NCBI GenBank assembly: GCA_050949045.1
Contig: JBMNEZ010000001.1
Span: forward strand, 864,001 to 928,000
Source of the DNA: Candidatus Izemoplasmatales bacterium
Lineage (GTDB): Bacteria > Bacillota_I > Bacilli_A > Izemoplasmatales > Hujiaoplasmataceae
Direction: 5' to 3'
DNA length: 64,000 nucleotides
The position numbers and the translations under genes are program-made. Position 1 is the first letter of the stretch. Each line of letters opens with the position of its first letter. This document shows positions 1-9,887 of the stretch, in pieces. The notes below the pieces were generated by a model. The model ran no database searches, was not told the origin of the DNA, and saw only the letters and a program-made list of their open reading frames with translations.

Positions 1-772
1 CCGAATCGGTGGTGTTGACTCCCTGTCCGCCTTTCCCGCTTGAGCGGTACGTGTCGATTCTTAGATCTTCGTTGTTGATCTCAACTTCAATCGTGTCATC
101 GATTTCGGGGATGACCGTCACCGAGGCAAACGAAGTGTGCCTGCGGCCAGAGGCATCAAAAGGGGAGATTCTGACCAGGCGATGAACCCCGGATTCGGCT
201 TTGAGATAACCAAAGGCATAGGTTCCCTGGACCAGGATCGTCGCCGATTTCAAGCCGGCTTCCTCTCCATCCTGATAGTCAAGAACAGTCATTTTGAAGT
301 CACTCTTCTCGATCCAGCGGGTATACATCCGGAAGAGCATCTCCGCCCAATCTTGGCTTTCGGTTCCGCCGGCTCCCGGATGGAACTCCATAATCGCATT
401 TGATTTGTCGTAGGGCTTGTCGAGCAGGGTCTTGATCGTCAGGTTTTCAAGGTTCAAGTTGAAATCGGCTATGAGCTGCTCTACTTCCTGAAAATCAAAT
501 TCCTGATCGACCTCGGCCAGTTCATAACTGAAAGAAAGCGTCTCGAGAGTCTCCTCGATCCTCTGGTATTGCGTGAGGATCGCCTTGATTTCGTTTTGTT
601 CTTGGATCGTCTTTTGGGCTTGTTTTTGATCAGACCAAAAAGAAGGCGCAAGCGTTGCCTGATCCAATGTTTTAAGACGAGCATTCAATTTTTCAAGGCC
701 GATTGTTTGTTTCAGTTCGGCAAACTTGTCCTTCGCTTCAAGAAGGGCTGCTTTTAACTCAAGTAAATTCAT
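1..772 (-). CDS. prfB: Peptide chain release factor 2 (3' end runs off the window); continuous ORF with no programmed frameshift
   Basis: Not in the ORF track, so translated by hand from ATG 772 (RBS AAGGAG): MNLLELKAAL...HPGAGGTESQDWAEML...RISPFDASGRRHTSF...SSGKGGQGVNTTDS. Has the SPF and GGQ motifs and follows secA. Confidence 0.96.
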   Translation of the reverse strand, partial: MNLLELKAALLEAKDKFAELKQTIGLEKLNARLKTLDQATLAPSFWSDQKQAQKTIQEQNEIKAILTQYQRIEETLETLSFSYELAEVDQEFDFQEVEQLIADFNLNLENLTIKTLLDKPYDKSNAIMEFHPGAGGTESQDWAEMLFRMYTRWIEKSDFKMTVLDYQDGEEAGLKSATILVQGTYAFGYLKAESGVHRLVRISPFDASGRRHTSFASVTVIPEIDDTIEVEINNEDLRIDTYRSSGKGGQGVNTTDS

Positions 773-790
773 TGATTCTCCTTGTACTCT

Positions 791-3271
791 CTAGTTGCGG
801 CCGTGACAATGCTTGTACTTTTTGCCACTGCCACAAGGGCAGGGATCGTTCCGTCCGACCTTTTCCGCCGCTTTGACAGGCTGCCTCTTGCGGGTGTCAT
901 CTTCTTTCCCCGAGATTGCGTGGATTGGCTTGGCCACCTGGACGCGTTCGGTATTCTGCCTGACCTGGGCTTTGAGGACAAATCTGGTGACATCGCTCTG
1001 GATGTTCTCGACCATCGTCTCAAACATGTTGAAGCCTATTTCCTGATATTCCCTGAAGGGATTGATTTGCCCGTAACTTTGCAAGGAAACTGCCTGTCTG
1101 AGCTCGCTCATCGCATCGATGTGCTGAACCCAATAGGTGTCGACAACCCTCAAAGTAACCGCTTTGAGGAAGTCGTTGAAGGCCTTGTCTCCGGCCAACG
1201 ATTTTTTCTGGCTCACTTCGCGCTTGTACTGGTCCATGACGTACTCACGGACATCGGCGTCGCTAAGAACGATTTTTTCGTCGATTATGTCTTTTTGAAA
1301 GTATCTGTTGAGCAAGGTGTAGAGTTGCTTGCGGTCGTTCTGGTGGAGATTAAGGATCTTGTCAAGGATTGTTTCAATCATCAAGCAGACGGTTTCTTCG
1401 ATGTTTTCAAGAAACAAAATATCGGTGCGTTGCTGATAGATAATCTCGCGTTGTTTGCGTAAAACCTCATCGTATTGGAGAACGGTTTTCCGTCTGTCGA
1501 AGTTGCTACCTTCAATCTGGCGTTGCGCCCTGAGCACCAGTTTTGAGAACATGCCGTATTCCAATGGTTGTTCCTGGCCGGTGTCTTTTTGAACGGTGAT
1601 CATCGAAATCATTCTCTTGAATCTCTCACCGCCAAAACGGCGCATCAAGTCATCGTCGGCAGAGATGAAGAACCGCGAATATCCGGGGTCGCCTTGACGA
1701 CCGCTCCGGCCCCGGAGCTGGTTGTCGATCCGGCGGGCTTCATGCCTTTCGGTTCCGATTACTGCCAAACCGCCCAGTTCAACGACTCCCGGTCCCAATT
1801 TGATGTCAGTGCCACGCCCGGCCATATTTGTGGCGATGGTCACAGAATACATCTGGCCGGCTTTGGCGACGATATCGGCTTCCCGTTCGTGCTGTTTGGC
1901 ATTCAAGACGTCATGTTTGACTCCGCGCCTCTTGAGAAGCGACGACAACAGTTCCGAACTCTCGATCGAGATCGTTCCAACAAGTAGCGGTTGTCCGAGG
2001 CGGTGGCGTCTTTCGATTTCTTCTGCCAACGCCTTGTATTTGGCTTCCATTGACGCAAAGATCAAATCGTTGTCATCGATGCGAATGACGGGAACGTTGG
2101 TTGGAATCTCGACGACAAACATATTGTAGATATTGTGGAATTCCTCTTCTTCGGTTTTGGCTGTCCCGGTCATGCCCGAGAGTTTCTTGTACATCCGGAA
2201 AAAGTTCTGGAACGTAATGGTCGCCAATACCGTGGTTTCCTTTTTGATCTCGACGGCTTCTTTGGCCTCAAGGGCTTGGTGCAGACCTTCGGAAAACTGC
2301 CTTCCGTGCATCAATCTGCCGGTGAAAGGGTCGACAATGACGACTTTGCCCTCATGAACGACGTAATCGACGTCACGGGACATGATGTAATTGGCTCTCA
2401 GGGAATTGTTAATGTGATGCAACAAGGAAACGTTGGAAAGATCGTAGAGATTTTCCAGATTGAAGTGCGCTTCCGCCTTTTTGATGCCGGTTTCGGTCAG
2501 ATTGATCGTTTTGTCCTTGAGATCGATATCGTAATCCTCTTCCTCTTTGAGGCGAATGGCAAAATAGTTGGCCTGCTTATAGAGATCGGCGGTGTTTTTC
2601 TCACCGCCGGAGATGATCAACGGTGTTCTGGCTTCATCGATCAAGATCGAGTCGACCTCGTCGATGATTGCATAGTTGAGCGGCCTTTGGACGATATTTT
2701 CCTTGTAGATGACCATGTGGTCGCGCAGATAGTCGAAACCGAGTTCGTTGTTCGTCGAATAAACGACGTCGCAGTTGTAGACTGCGCGCTTCTCTTCGGA
2801 AGTGAGATCGCGAATGTTCAAACCGACCGATAGTCCGAGAAAACGAAACAAGTCGCCGATCTCACCGTTGGCCTCACGGCCGGCGAGATACTCGTTGACG
2901 GTGACGATATGAACGCCTTCACCGGTCAGAGCATTGAGATAGGCGGGCATGACCGCGGTGAGGGTTTTGCCCTCGCCGGTCTTCATTTCAGCAATATTGC
3001 CCTCATGAATGGCGATAGCTCCCATAACCTGAACTTTGAACGGTGTGAGCCCTGTCACTCTCGTGGAAGCCTCTCTGACAGTTGCAAAAGCTTCGACAAG
3101 CAAAGAGTCCAACGACTCGCCATTACCGTATCTTTCCTTAAACTCTGCGGTCTTATGGCGCAATACGTCATCGGAAAACTGTTTGTATTCATCTGCGAGT
3201 GAAAGAACTTGATCGGCGATTTTTCCGAGTCGCTTCAGTGTTTTTCTATTTGGATCGAAAAGTTTAAACAC
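791..3271 (-). CDS. secA: Preprotein translocase ATPase SecA
   Basis: MKTGEGKT Walker [33 protein letters not shown]-terminal [22 protein letters not shown] motif. Confidence 0.99.
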   Translation of the reverse strand: MFKLFDPNRKTLKRLGKIADQVLSLADEYKQFSDDVLRHKTAEFKERYGNGESLDSLLVEAFATVREASTRVTGLTPFKVQVMGAIAIHEGNIAEMKTGEGKTLTAVMPAYLNALTGEGVHIVTVNEYLAGREANGEIGDLFRFLGLSVGLNIRDLTSEEKRAVYNCDVVYSTNNELGFDYLRDHMVIYKENIVQRPLNYAIIDEVDSILIDEARTPLIISGGEKNTADLYKQANYFAIRLKEEEDYDIDLKDKTINLTETGIKKAEAHFNLENLYDLSNVSLLHHINNSLRANYIMSRDVDYVVHEGKVVIVDPFTGRLMHGRQFSEGLHQALEAKEAVEIKKETTVLATITFQNFFRMYKKLSGMTGTAKTEEEEFHNIYNMFVVEIPTNVPVIRIDDNDLIFASMEAKYKALAEEIERRHRLGQPLLVGTISIESSELLSSLLKRRGVKHDVLNAKQHEREADIVAKAGQMYSVTIATNMAGRGTDIKLGPGVVELGGLAVIGTERHEARRIDNQLRGRSGRQGDPGYSRFFISADDDLMRRFGGERFKRMISMITVQKDTGQEQPLEYGMFSKLVLRAQRQIEGSNFDRRKTVLQYDEVLRKQREIIYQQRTDILFLENIEETVCLMIETILDKILNLHQNDRKQLYTLLNRYFQKDIIDEKIVLSDADVREYVMDQYKREVSQKKSLAGDKAFNDFLKAVTLRVVDTYWVQHIDAMSELRQAVSLQSYGQINPFREYQEIGFNMFETMVENIQSDVTRFVLKAQVRQNTERVQVAKPIHAISGKEDDTRKRQPVKAAEKVGRNDPCPCGSGKKYKHCHGRN

Positions 3272-3349
3272 GTTAATTCACCTCTTCATTGACACCTTTA
3301 ATCATACCACAAATTACGAAGCAAACACAATTTATTTAGCCACACCCCG

Positions 3350-3376
3350 AAAAAAAGTGACCTTTTAAGGTCACTT
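3350..3376 (-). terminator. Intrinsic terminator after hpf
   Basis: AAGTGACCTT-TT-AAGGTCACTT hairpin with a minus-strand T-run. Confidence 0.8.
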
Positions 3377-3383
3377 GTGATAA

Positions 3384-3920
3384 TCAATAGGTCTCTATCA
3401 ACCCATATTTTCCGTCTTCACGGATATAAAGAACTGAAACTTCCTTGTTCTCGTTATAGAAAATAAAGAAATCATGATCAAGCAATTCCATCTGAGTTAT
3501 TGCTTCGTCCATCGTTAGGACATCGAGTTTGATCCGCTTTTTCTTGATTGGCGAGATCAGTTCCCTCTCCAGTTCCTCGATACTGAGATAATCGTTTTTG
3601 AAGACCTCTTTCAAGCCCGCTTTTTCTTGGAGACTGCGATTCAGTTTGTGTTTGTTCTTGCGGATCTGGGCTTCAAGTTTGTCGACAGCCTTATCGATGG
3701 CGGCGTACAAGTCTTTGTCTTCGACCTCCGCCCGGATTGTGATGAATTTGATTGGAATCGTTATTTCGACTTTCATCATGTCACGATAAACTTTACATAC
3801 TGCGAAAGCTTCCAATTCTATGGAGACCACTCTCTCCACCTTAGCGAGTTTCTTTTCGAAGTACTTGCGGATCGCTTCCGTAATCTCAACTCCGCCCTTA
3901 CCTCTCACATCAAGTTTCAC
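3384..3920 (-). CDS. hpf: Ribosome hibernation promoting factor (long HPF / RaiA)
   Basis: DLYAAIDKAVDKLEAQIRK motif and C-terminal EAITQMELLDHDFFIF domain. GTG 3920 best fits RBS AGGAG (ORF open to 3929). Confidence 0.95.
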   Translation of the reverse strand: MKLDVRGKGGVEITEAIRKYFEKKLAKVERVVSIELEAFAVCKVYRDMMKVEITIPIKFITIRAEVEDKDLYAAIDKAVDKLEAQIRKNKHKLNRSLQEKAGLKEVFKNDYLSIEELERELISPIKKKRIKLDVLTMDEAITQMELLDHDFFIFYNENKEVSVLYIREDGKYGLIETY

Positions 3921-3962
3921 TATCATCACTCCTTTTGTAATTGCATATCTTACTATATATTA

Positions 3963-3991
3963 ATTATAGCATTTGCCAATGTCAATGTAAA
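3963..3991 (-). promoter_or_regulatory. SigA-type promoter of hpf
   Basis: TTTACA-N17-TATAAT with a TG extension. Confidence 0.7.
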
Positions 3992-4009
3992 TAAATCGCC
4001 ATTGTTTCC

Positions 4010-4393
4010 TTATTGATTTTCGCCGATCAAATAAGCAAACTCAAAACGAATAACCGATACCATCAGGATTGATCCAAAAGCCTTGATTAAAGGAAACCAA
4101 CCTGAAAATGCCGTTATCTCCTGATCTTCGATCATGATGATAAGGTCGTGTGAAACGGCAAGATCCAGCGTTTTCGCAAATGTATAGGAATATGAAAGGT
4201 ATGAATCATACTCGGCTTTAGGCTGATCAATCAGATAACGGTATCTGATTGACCCGCCTGCCAGCGGGATCAATTCTTCGAAGTACTCGGCATCCATGAT
4301 CCTTTGGCATTCAGGGCATAGTCGGTCGGGGGAAAACAAAGTCGAGAAATACAGCTCGCGGACGTAGATCTGGCGGCAAAGAGGGCAGCGCAT
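4010..4393 (-). CDS. comFC: Short ComFC-like protein (zinc ribbon plus degenerate PRTase-like region)
   Basis: CPLC...CPEC at the N-terminus; sits between comFA and hpf as in Bacillus; lacks the DD-x-x-TTG motif. Confidence 0.55.
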   Translation of the reverse strand: MRCPLCRQIYVRELYFSTLFSPDRLCPECQRIMDAEYFEELIPLAGGSIRYRYLIDQPKAEYDSYLSYSYTFAKTLDLAVSHDLIIMIEDQEITAFSGWFPLIKAFGSILMVSVIRFEFAYLIGENQ

Positions 4394-4394
4394 T

Positions 4395-5630
4395 TCAATC
4401 ACCGCCTAGGTTTTTTCTGCGGTTCAGCATTCGAATCTCAGCTCTTGCTTTTCGCATTGCCGGGCTCAAATATTCCGAGAGAAACCATATTTCTCCTCGA
4501 GGCTCCCATAGATCTCTACCAACTCTGCCAGACATTTGGATCAGGGTATCGCGGTCATAAAGAGGACTGTCTGCCTGAAGGACGGCAATCTGGATCCCGC
4601 TGAAGGTTATTCCTCTTTCGAGGATTGATGTGGATACTAGGACATCGAGATTTCCGGCAGAGAATTCATGGATGATCGCTTCTTTTCGTTCGGTTTCGGA
4701 TGTAACCGCCCTTGCTTTGACGCCTTCCTTTCTAAGCAGTGAGGCAAAAGCCAAGCATTTTGCGATCGATGGCAGAAACAAAATTGCCCGTTTCGAGTCC
4801 AGTCGCCATTTTTTAAGAATCGGTAAAATGCTTTCAAGGATGGTTTCCAAAGCGGATCCAGATAATTGCAGGAATCGGGGAAGATCGTGATCGACCCCGT
4901 GAAAACGAGCCGGATTGAAGTGGAAACGAAATCCGCTTTTTGTCAGTTTGCGCTTTAAAGCCGATGTCAATGTGGCCGAGATCAGGATGAGACTCCCACC
5001 CGCCCGGAGTGCCTGATTAGCCAGCCGCCAATAAAAGGGGGAATCCGCAAAAGGAAAAGCATCGACTTCGTCGATTAATAATAGTCCAAATTCGTCTTTG
5101 TAATTAACTAACTGCTGGATCGTCATCACGACAATGTGGGCATCGCGGTCGTTCTTTGCCTCGGCATGTATCGCCTTGACATTGCTTGAGGGAAAATATT
5201 TTTTGATCCTCTCACTCAGTTGAATGACGACCTGTTTTCGCGGGATCGCAAAACCAACACGGATATGTCGGTTCAAGGCAAGACAGATCGCAGCCAGAGT
5301 CATTTCGGTCTTCCCGGCGCCACAAACAGCCTGTAGAAAACCATGGGCATGTGATAAGTAACACCGGATGATGAACTCACTCCCGCGTTTTTGCCATTTG
5401 GTAAGTTGAAGATTCAAATCGAGACGGTGTTCAACCAAAGGAAGTCGTTGCCGGTAGCGGTAAAGAATCATGTCCGAATTGGATCCGCAGTCGCGACAAG
5501 CATACCTTCCAAGCGCATCGATGACAATCATTTCCTTATCAGCGCCGCAACGACTACATTTTTCGCTTTTTACCGCGATGGTTTTCTCAACCAAAACTTC
5601 GCCGACTTGCTTTTGTAAATACTCACGCAA
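4395..5630 (-). CDS. comFA: ComFA-type DEAD/DEAH helicase (competence)
   Basis: CSRCG/CRDC Zn motif, AVCGAGKTEM, DEVDAFP, ILERGITF, QMSGRVGR. Start TTG 5630 is inferred (ORF open to 5660). Confidence 0.88.
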   Translation of the reverse strand: MREYLQKQVGEVLVEKTIAVKSEKCSRCGADKEMIVIDALGRYACRDCGSNSDMILYRYRQRLPLVEHRLDLNLQLTKWQKRGSEFIIRCYLSHAHGFLQAVCGAGKTEMTLAAICLALNRHIRVGFAIPRKQVVIQLSERIKKYFPSSNVKAIHAEAKNDRDAHIVVMTIQQLVNYKDEFGLLLIDEVDAFPFADSPFYWRLANQALRAGGSLILISATLTSALKRKLTKSGFRFHFNPARFHGVDHDLPRFLQLSGSALETILESILPILKKWRLDSKRAILFLPSIAKCLAFASLLRKEGVKARAVTSETERKEAIIHEFSAGNLDVLVSTSILERGITFSGIQIAVLQADSPLYDRDTLIQMSGRVGRDLWEPRGEIWFLSEYLSPAMRKARAEIRMLNRRKNLGGD

Positions 5631-5668
5631 AAAAAACACCCGCCATAAGACTACGCTCATGACGGGTG
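5629..5668 (-). terminator. Intrinsic terminator after leuS
   Basis: CACCCGTCATGAG-6nt-CTTATGGCGGGTG followed by T8 on the minus strand. Confidence 0.85.
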
Positions 5669-5675
5669 ATTTGCT

Positions 5676-8096
5676 TTAGATGACGATGTTGACGAGTTTG
5701 TTTTTGACAACAATGGTTTTCTTGATCGTTTGGTTTTTAATCCATTCTTGAATCTTCGGTTGCGCAAGTGCCAACTTGATCAATTCCGCTTCATCCATAT
5801 CAACGGGGACCATCACTTTGTCCCTGATTTTACCATTGACGTTAATAACGATTTCGATCTTGTCTTGAAGCAGTTTAAGCGGATCATACTCGGGCCACTT
5901 CTCTTCAACCAAAAAGCTAGTATTGCCAAGCAGATGCCAGAGTTCCTCGGTAACATGCGAAGCCACCGGCGAAAGCAGTTTGAGAAGGACTTCATACTCT
6001 TCTCTGGAAATTGCTTCCTGTTGGCCGAACTCGTTGGCCAGAGTCATCATTTTGGCGATGGCGGTATTGAATTTCAGATTCTCATAATCTTCGCTGACGC
6101 CTTTGATGGTTTTGTGAATAAGCGTTTCAAGGTTTTTGGATGGTATTTTCTGAGCCGAAACTTTTGGCAACATCCTCCAGATCTTGTCAAGAAAGCGGCG
6201 GCAGCCCTTCATCCCATTCTCGTTCCATGGCGTCGGCATTTCATAGTCGCCGATGAACAGAATGTAAGTTCTAAGGGTGTCGGCGCCTTCACTTTCGATA
6301 ATTTCCATCGGATTGATGACATTGTCGCGAGACTTTGACATTTTTTCGCCATCATCCCCAAGAATCAAACCCTGAGCGGTTCGCTTCAGATAAGGTTCCC
6401 TGTGAATAACTTCCCCGATATCGTAGAGAAACTGGTTCCAAAAGCGCGAGTAAATCAAATGTCTGGTAACGTGTTCCATGCCTCCGTTGTACCAGTCGAC
6501 CTTTCCCCAGTATCTTTGTTTGTCTTTGTCGGCGATAAAGTTCTTGTTGCCGGGATCGAGATAACGGAGAAAATACCAGCTGGAACCCGCCCATTGGGGC
6601 ATCGTGTCGGTTTCACGTCGTGCCGTTTTGCCGCACCTCGGGCATTTACAGTTAACGAACTCGGGGATGTTCGCGAGCGGACTTTCGCCGGTCGATGTCG
6701 GCATGAACGCCTCGACCATCGGCAATCTTACAGGAAGATCCTCGTAGGGAACGGGCACGATCCCACAATGATCGCAATAAATAATGGGTATCGGCTCGCC
6801 CCAGTAGCGCTGACGGTTGAAGGCCCAGTCTTTCATCTTGAATTGGACACTCTGTTCACCAAGGCCGTTTTTCTGAAGATAGTCGATGATCTTGACCTTC
6901 GCTTCATTGACAGAGAGGTTGTCGATGATATCGCTGTTGACTAAAATCCCGTTTTCGGTATCGGTATAAGCCGCTTGACTTAAGTCGCCGCCCTTGATCA
7001 CTTCAACGATCTCAAGACCATATTTTTTGGCAAATTCGTAGTCGCGGTCATCATGCCCCGGAACAGCCATGATCGCGCCGGTGCCGTAAGTGATCATCAC
7101 GTAATCGGCAATGAAAATGGGTATTTCCTTGCCGTTCACAGGGTTGATCGCCGTCAGTCCTTCGATCTTGACGCCACTTTTATCCTTTTGGAGTTGAATT
7201 CTCTCAAACTCTGATTTATGTTTCGCCTCGGTCTGATAGTCGTTGATTTCCACGAGATTCTTGATCTTGTCCCGATGCTTCTCAATCAGTTCGTGTTCGG
7301 GTGCGACGACCATAAATGTCGCCCCATAGATGGTATCCGGCCTTGTCGTAAACACTTTTATCCTGTCATCGGTTCCTTTGACAGAAAACAAGATATGGGC
7401 TCCTTCGGACTTGCCGATCCAGTTCTCCTGTTCGACCCTGATCCTTTGTGAACACTCGAGTTCCTCTAGTCCCTGAAGCAGTTTCTCTGCATAAGCGGTT
7501 ATTCTTAGAAACCAAACGTCCTTTTCCCTTTGCTCGACAGCGCTGCCACAACGGTCGCAAATCCCGCCTTGCGACTCTTCATTGGCTAAGACGACATTGC
7601 AGTCGGGGCAGAAATTGACGTATGTCTTGCTTCTGTAGGCCAGTCCGTGTTCAAAGAGTTTGAGAAAAATCCATTGGGTGAATTTGTAATATTCCGGATC
7701 GGTTGTATCTATCAATCGGGAAAAATCGAAAGAAAAACCGGCGGCCTTGAGTTCTTTCAATAATATGTCAATGTTTTGATCGGTGATCTTCCGGGGATGG
7801 ATCTTGTTCTTGATCGCATAGTTTTCTGTGGGCAAGCCAAAAGCATCGAAACCGATCGGAAACAACACATTGTAGCCTTCCATCCGCCTTTTGCGGGCGA
7901 TTACCTCGAGCGACATGTAAGCTCGAAAATGGCCGACGTGCAATCCTGTTCCGGACGGATACGGATATTCCACCAAGGCATAGTATTTCGGCTTGGGATC
8001 GAAATCGTTGCCTTGGAACAATTTTGATTCGTACCATTTCTTCTGCCATTTCGGTTCAATCTTCCGATGATCGAAGCTGGGTTTGAATTCGCTCAT
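5676..8096 (-). CDS. leuS: Leucine--tRNA ligase
   Basis: PYPSGTGLHVGH and KMSKS class I motifs, editing domain GTGAIMAVPGHD; ATG 8096 with GGAGG RBS. Confidence 0.98.
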   Translation of the reverse strand: MSEFKPSFDHRKIEPKWQKKWYESKLFQGNDFDPKPKYYALVEYPYPSGTGLHVGHFRAYMSLEVIARKRRMEGYNVLFPIGFDAFGLPTENYAIKNKIHPRKITDQNIDILLKELKAAGFSFDFSRLIDTTDPEYYKFTQWIFLKLFEHGLAYRSKTYVNFCPDCNVVLANEESQGGICDRCGSAVEQREKDVWFLRITAYAEKLLQGLEELECSQRIRVEQENWIGKSEGAHILFSVKGTDDRIKVFTTRPDTIYGATFMVVAPEHELIEKHRDKIKNLVEINDYQTEAKHKSEFERIQLQKDKSGVKIEGLTAINPVNGKEIPIFIADYVMITYGTGAIMAVPGHDDRDYEFAKKYGLEIVEVIKGGDLSQAAYTDTENGILVNSDIIDNLSVNEAKVKIIDYLQKNGLGEQSVQFKMKDWAFNRQRYWGEPIPIIYCDHCGIVPVPYEDLPVRLPMVEAFMPTSTGESPLANIPEFVNCKCPRCGKTARRETDTMPQWAGSSWYFLRYLDPGNKNFIADKDKQRYWGKVDWYNGGMEHVTRHLIYSRFWNQFLYDIGEVIHREPYLKRTAQGLILGDDGEKMSKSRDNVINPMEIIESEGADTLRTYILFIGDYEMPTPWNENGMKGCRRFLDKIWRMLPKVSAQKIPSKNLETLIHKTIKGVSEDYENLKFNTAIAKMMTLANEFGQQEAISREEYEVLLKLLSPVASHVTEELWHLLGNTSFLVEEKWPEYDPLKLLQDKIEIVINVNGKIRDKVMVPVDMDEAELIKLALAQPKIQEWIKNQTIKKTIVVKNKLVNIVI

Positions 8097-8112
8097 TATC
8101 TTTCCTCCCATT

Positions 8113-8325
8113 AAAAAATCGTCCGATCAAGGACGATTTGCTCGCGGTACCACCTTTGTTCCGGCGAATGCCGGCACTCATCCCTTAACGCGGTTCGACG
8201 TTCCGGACTCCCGTGTTTCGCCCGGACAGCTCCCAAGACCAATTCGCATCGATCGACCTCCGGTTCGCACCAACCACCGGCTCTCTAAAAGGTCAGATAT
8301 GATGTTACTATTTCTTGTTCTCAGC
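8113..8325 (-). promoter_or_regulatory. T-box riboswitch leader of leuS
   Basis: AGTA/GAA loop-E, AGAGAG and GGTGCGAA stem I motifs, T-box AAAGGTGGTACCGCG (8143-8157), terminator AAATCGTCC/GGACGATTT-TTT. Promoter TTGCAT-N17-TATGAT lies upstream. Confidence 0.95.
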
Positions 8326-8373
8326 GTTTACATCATCATAACATGCGATTGTCAATTATGCAAGACCATTCAT

Positions 8374-9204
8374 TTATTCGAGGTCTGTTTTTCCGTCTTC
8401 ATCGTCTTGTTCGTCTTCTTCGTCATCGGTAACCCTGTATTCAGCATCGACGATATTCATCGCCCGCTTTTCGAGATGAACAAGCGTTTGGAAGTGAAGT
8501 TCACGTTGCAATTGATAGATTGAACGATAACCGATGAGAAGTAATAGAAAGAATATGATTTCGGAAAAATCAAGCAAATTATAGATCGTCATCAGAAGCG
8601 CTGTGGGTGTCAGGGCAAAAATTACCAGTTTGAAAATCGTCTTGTAGGGAATGAACTTTTTGAGTCGGATGAACGGCAGCGTCGACACCAGCCCGATCAT
8701 CAGCAACAAAAAAAGGTTGCCAAGGAAATGAAAAAGAAGCAGCCCAAGCAAAAGGCCCGTCTTAATCGATTGGAAAAAAATATCAAAGTTGAGCGAAGCC
8801 GAGCTCTGGGAAAAAACGGGAACTTCGGCCTTCTTTTCGCCATCAAAGTAAAGTGACATTGAGTTCCCTTTGAATACAAGGCTTTGCTGATCCATCAGAT
8901 TGATGATCGACGAGACTTGATCATCGCTGGCCAAAAAATGGATGGAGTAGCCATATAGATGAAACTTGTTTCCCGGTTCATAAGCCGCCTGATCGCAGAC
9001 AAGTTCACCGGAACGAATAGTGCAACCAGTCGTTTCGGTTGTGATAACGGTGTTGCCCTTGTACCAACCGTAATGGATGATGGCGCTCAAAGAGACAAAC
9101 AGCGCGAGCACCAACAAATACAGAGTAGTGAACCACCCTGATTTGTGCCGGTAATTAAGCAACTCTTTCGGTTGAAATATACTGTCTTTTGCGATATTGT
9201 ACAA
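8374..9204 (-). CDS. Membrane protein, DUF1189-like
   Basis: N-terminal TM helix, extracellular loop, 3-4 C-terminal TM helices (ALTP motif), acidic tail. Confidence 0.55.
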   Translation of the reverse strand: MYNIAKDSIFQPKELLNYRHKSGWFTTLYLLVLALFVSLSAIIHYGWYKGNTVITTETTGCTIRSGELVCDQAAYEPGNKFHLYGYSIHFLASDDQVSSIINLMDQQSLVFKGNSMSLYFDGEKKAEVPVFSQSSASLNFDIFFQSIKTGLLLGLLLFHFLGNLFLLLMIGLVSTLPFIRLKKFIPYKTIFKLVIFALTPTALLMTIYNLLDFSEIIFFLLLLIGYRSIYQLQRELHFQTLVHLEKRAMNIVDAEYRVTDDEEDEQDDEDGKTDLE

Positions 9205-9398
9205 TTCTCATCACCCGACTTCAAATATTATACCATGTTTATAGGAATCAGCAAAAAGAAAACGTTCGCAATCAATGATATAATCTATGCGAGCGGAAAA
9301 GGATGATGCGATAGAATATCTGCGCTTCAAAAAAAATTTTTGATCGCCATTCACAAACAAAAAAGCCCATATAGGGCTATAAAGGACTTTCATTGATT

Positions 9399-9887
9399 TT
9401 ATTCTTGGTGTGTGAACAGTTCCCATTTTTTTATTCTGAAGATCCGCGAGTAGAAGTTTAAAGGAAACATCGTAATCTGATGGTTGAAGATGATCGCCTT
9501 CCCGTCACGAACACGGCGCATCTCTTGAAGGCGCTCATAGGTCTCGACGATATAGGCCGTTTCCGGATCATTCTTGTCAATTTTTGTGAACAATGAGTCG
9601 ACAAGCGCGAGCAGCTCTTTCTTTTGTTCATGGGACAGTTCCTTGACAGCGATGCTCTCGTACTTGGCAAGTTCCGGATCAAACACTTTTTTTGATAACA
9701 GGTTCGCAGTCTTTCTCAACTCGATTTCCATTTTCGAATGATACTTGTACACTTCACGGTATCGCTGGCGCAAAGTCCTTGTAATCAAAACGGTGCTGAC
9801 GACGATCAAAGCGGTGACGAAGAGAATAATCAGGCCGATCTCAAAGAATAAGGACCAATCAAAAGATAGAAAAAACATTTCAATCAC
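9399..9887 (-). CDS. LemA-like membrane protein
   Basis: Single N-terminal TM helix, helical body, C-terminal [17 protein letters not shown] resembling LemA YN..I..FP.N. Confidence 0.6.
   Translation of the reverse strand: MIEMFFLSFDWSLFFEIGLIILFVTALIVVSTVLITRTLRQRYREVYKYHSKMEIELRKTANLLSKKVFDPELAKYESIAVKELSHEQKKELLALVDSLFTKIDKNDPETAYIVETYERLQEMRRVRDGKAIIFNHQITMFPLNFYSRIFRIKKWELFTHQE

Noticed and set aside
692..697. CTT GAA in prfB resembling the CTT TGA frameshift site
   Set aside because: It is in frame as Leu-Glu, has no upstream internal SD, and the ORF is already continuous.
8083..8523. 146-aa plus-strand ORF
   Set aside because: It overlaps the T-box leader and the end of the upstream gene on the opposite strand.
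9270..9345. Plus-strand TG-A-TATAAT followed by an 18-codon ORF (MRAEKDDAIEYLRFKKNF)
   Set aside because: Too short, with no -35 or RBS support; cannot be told apart from chance.
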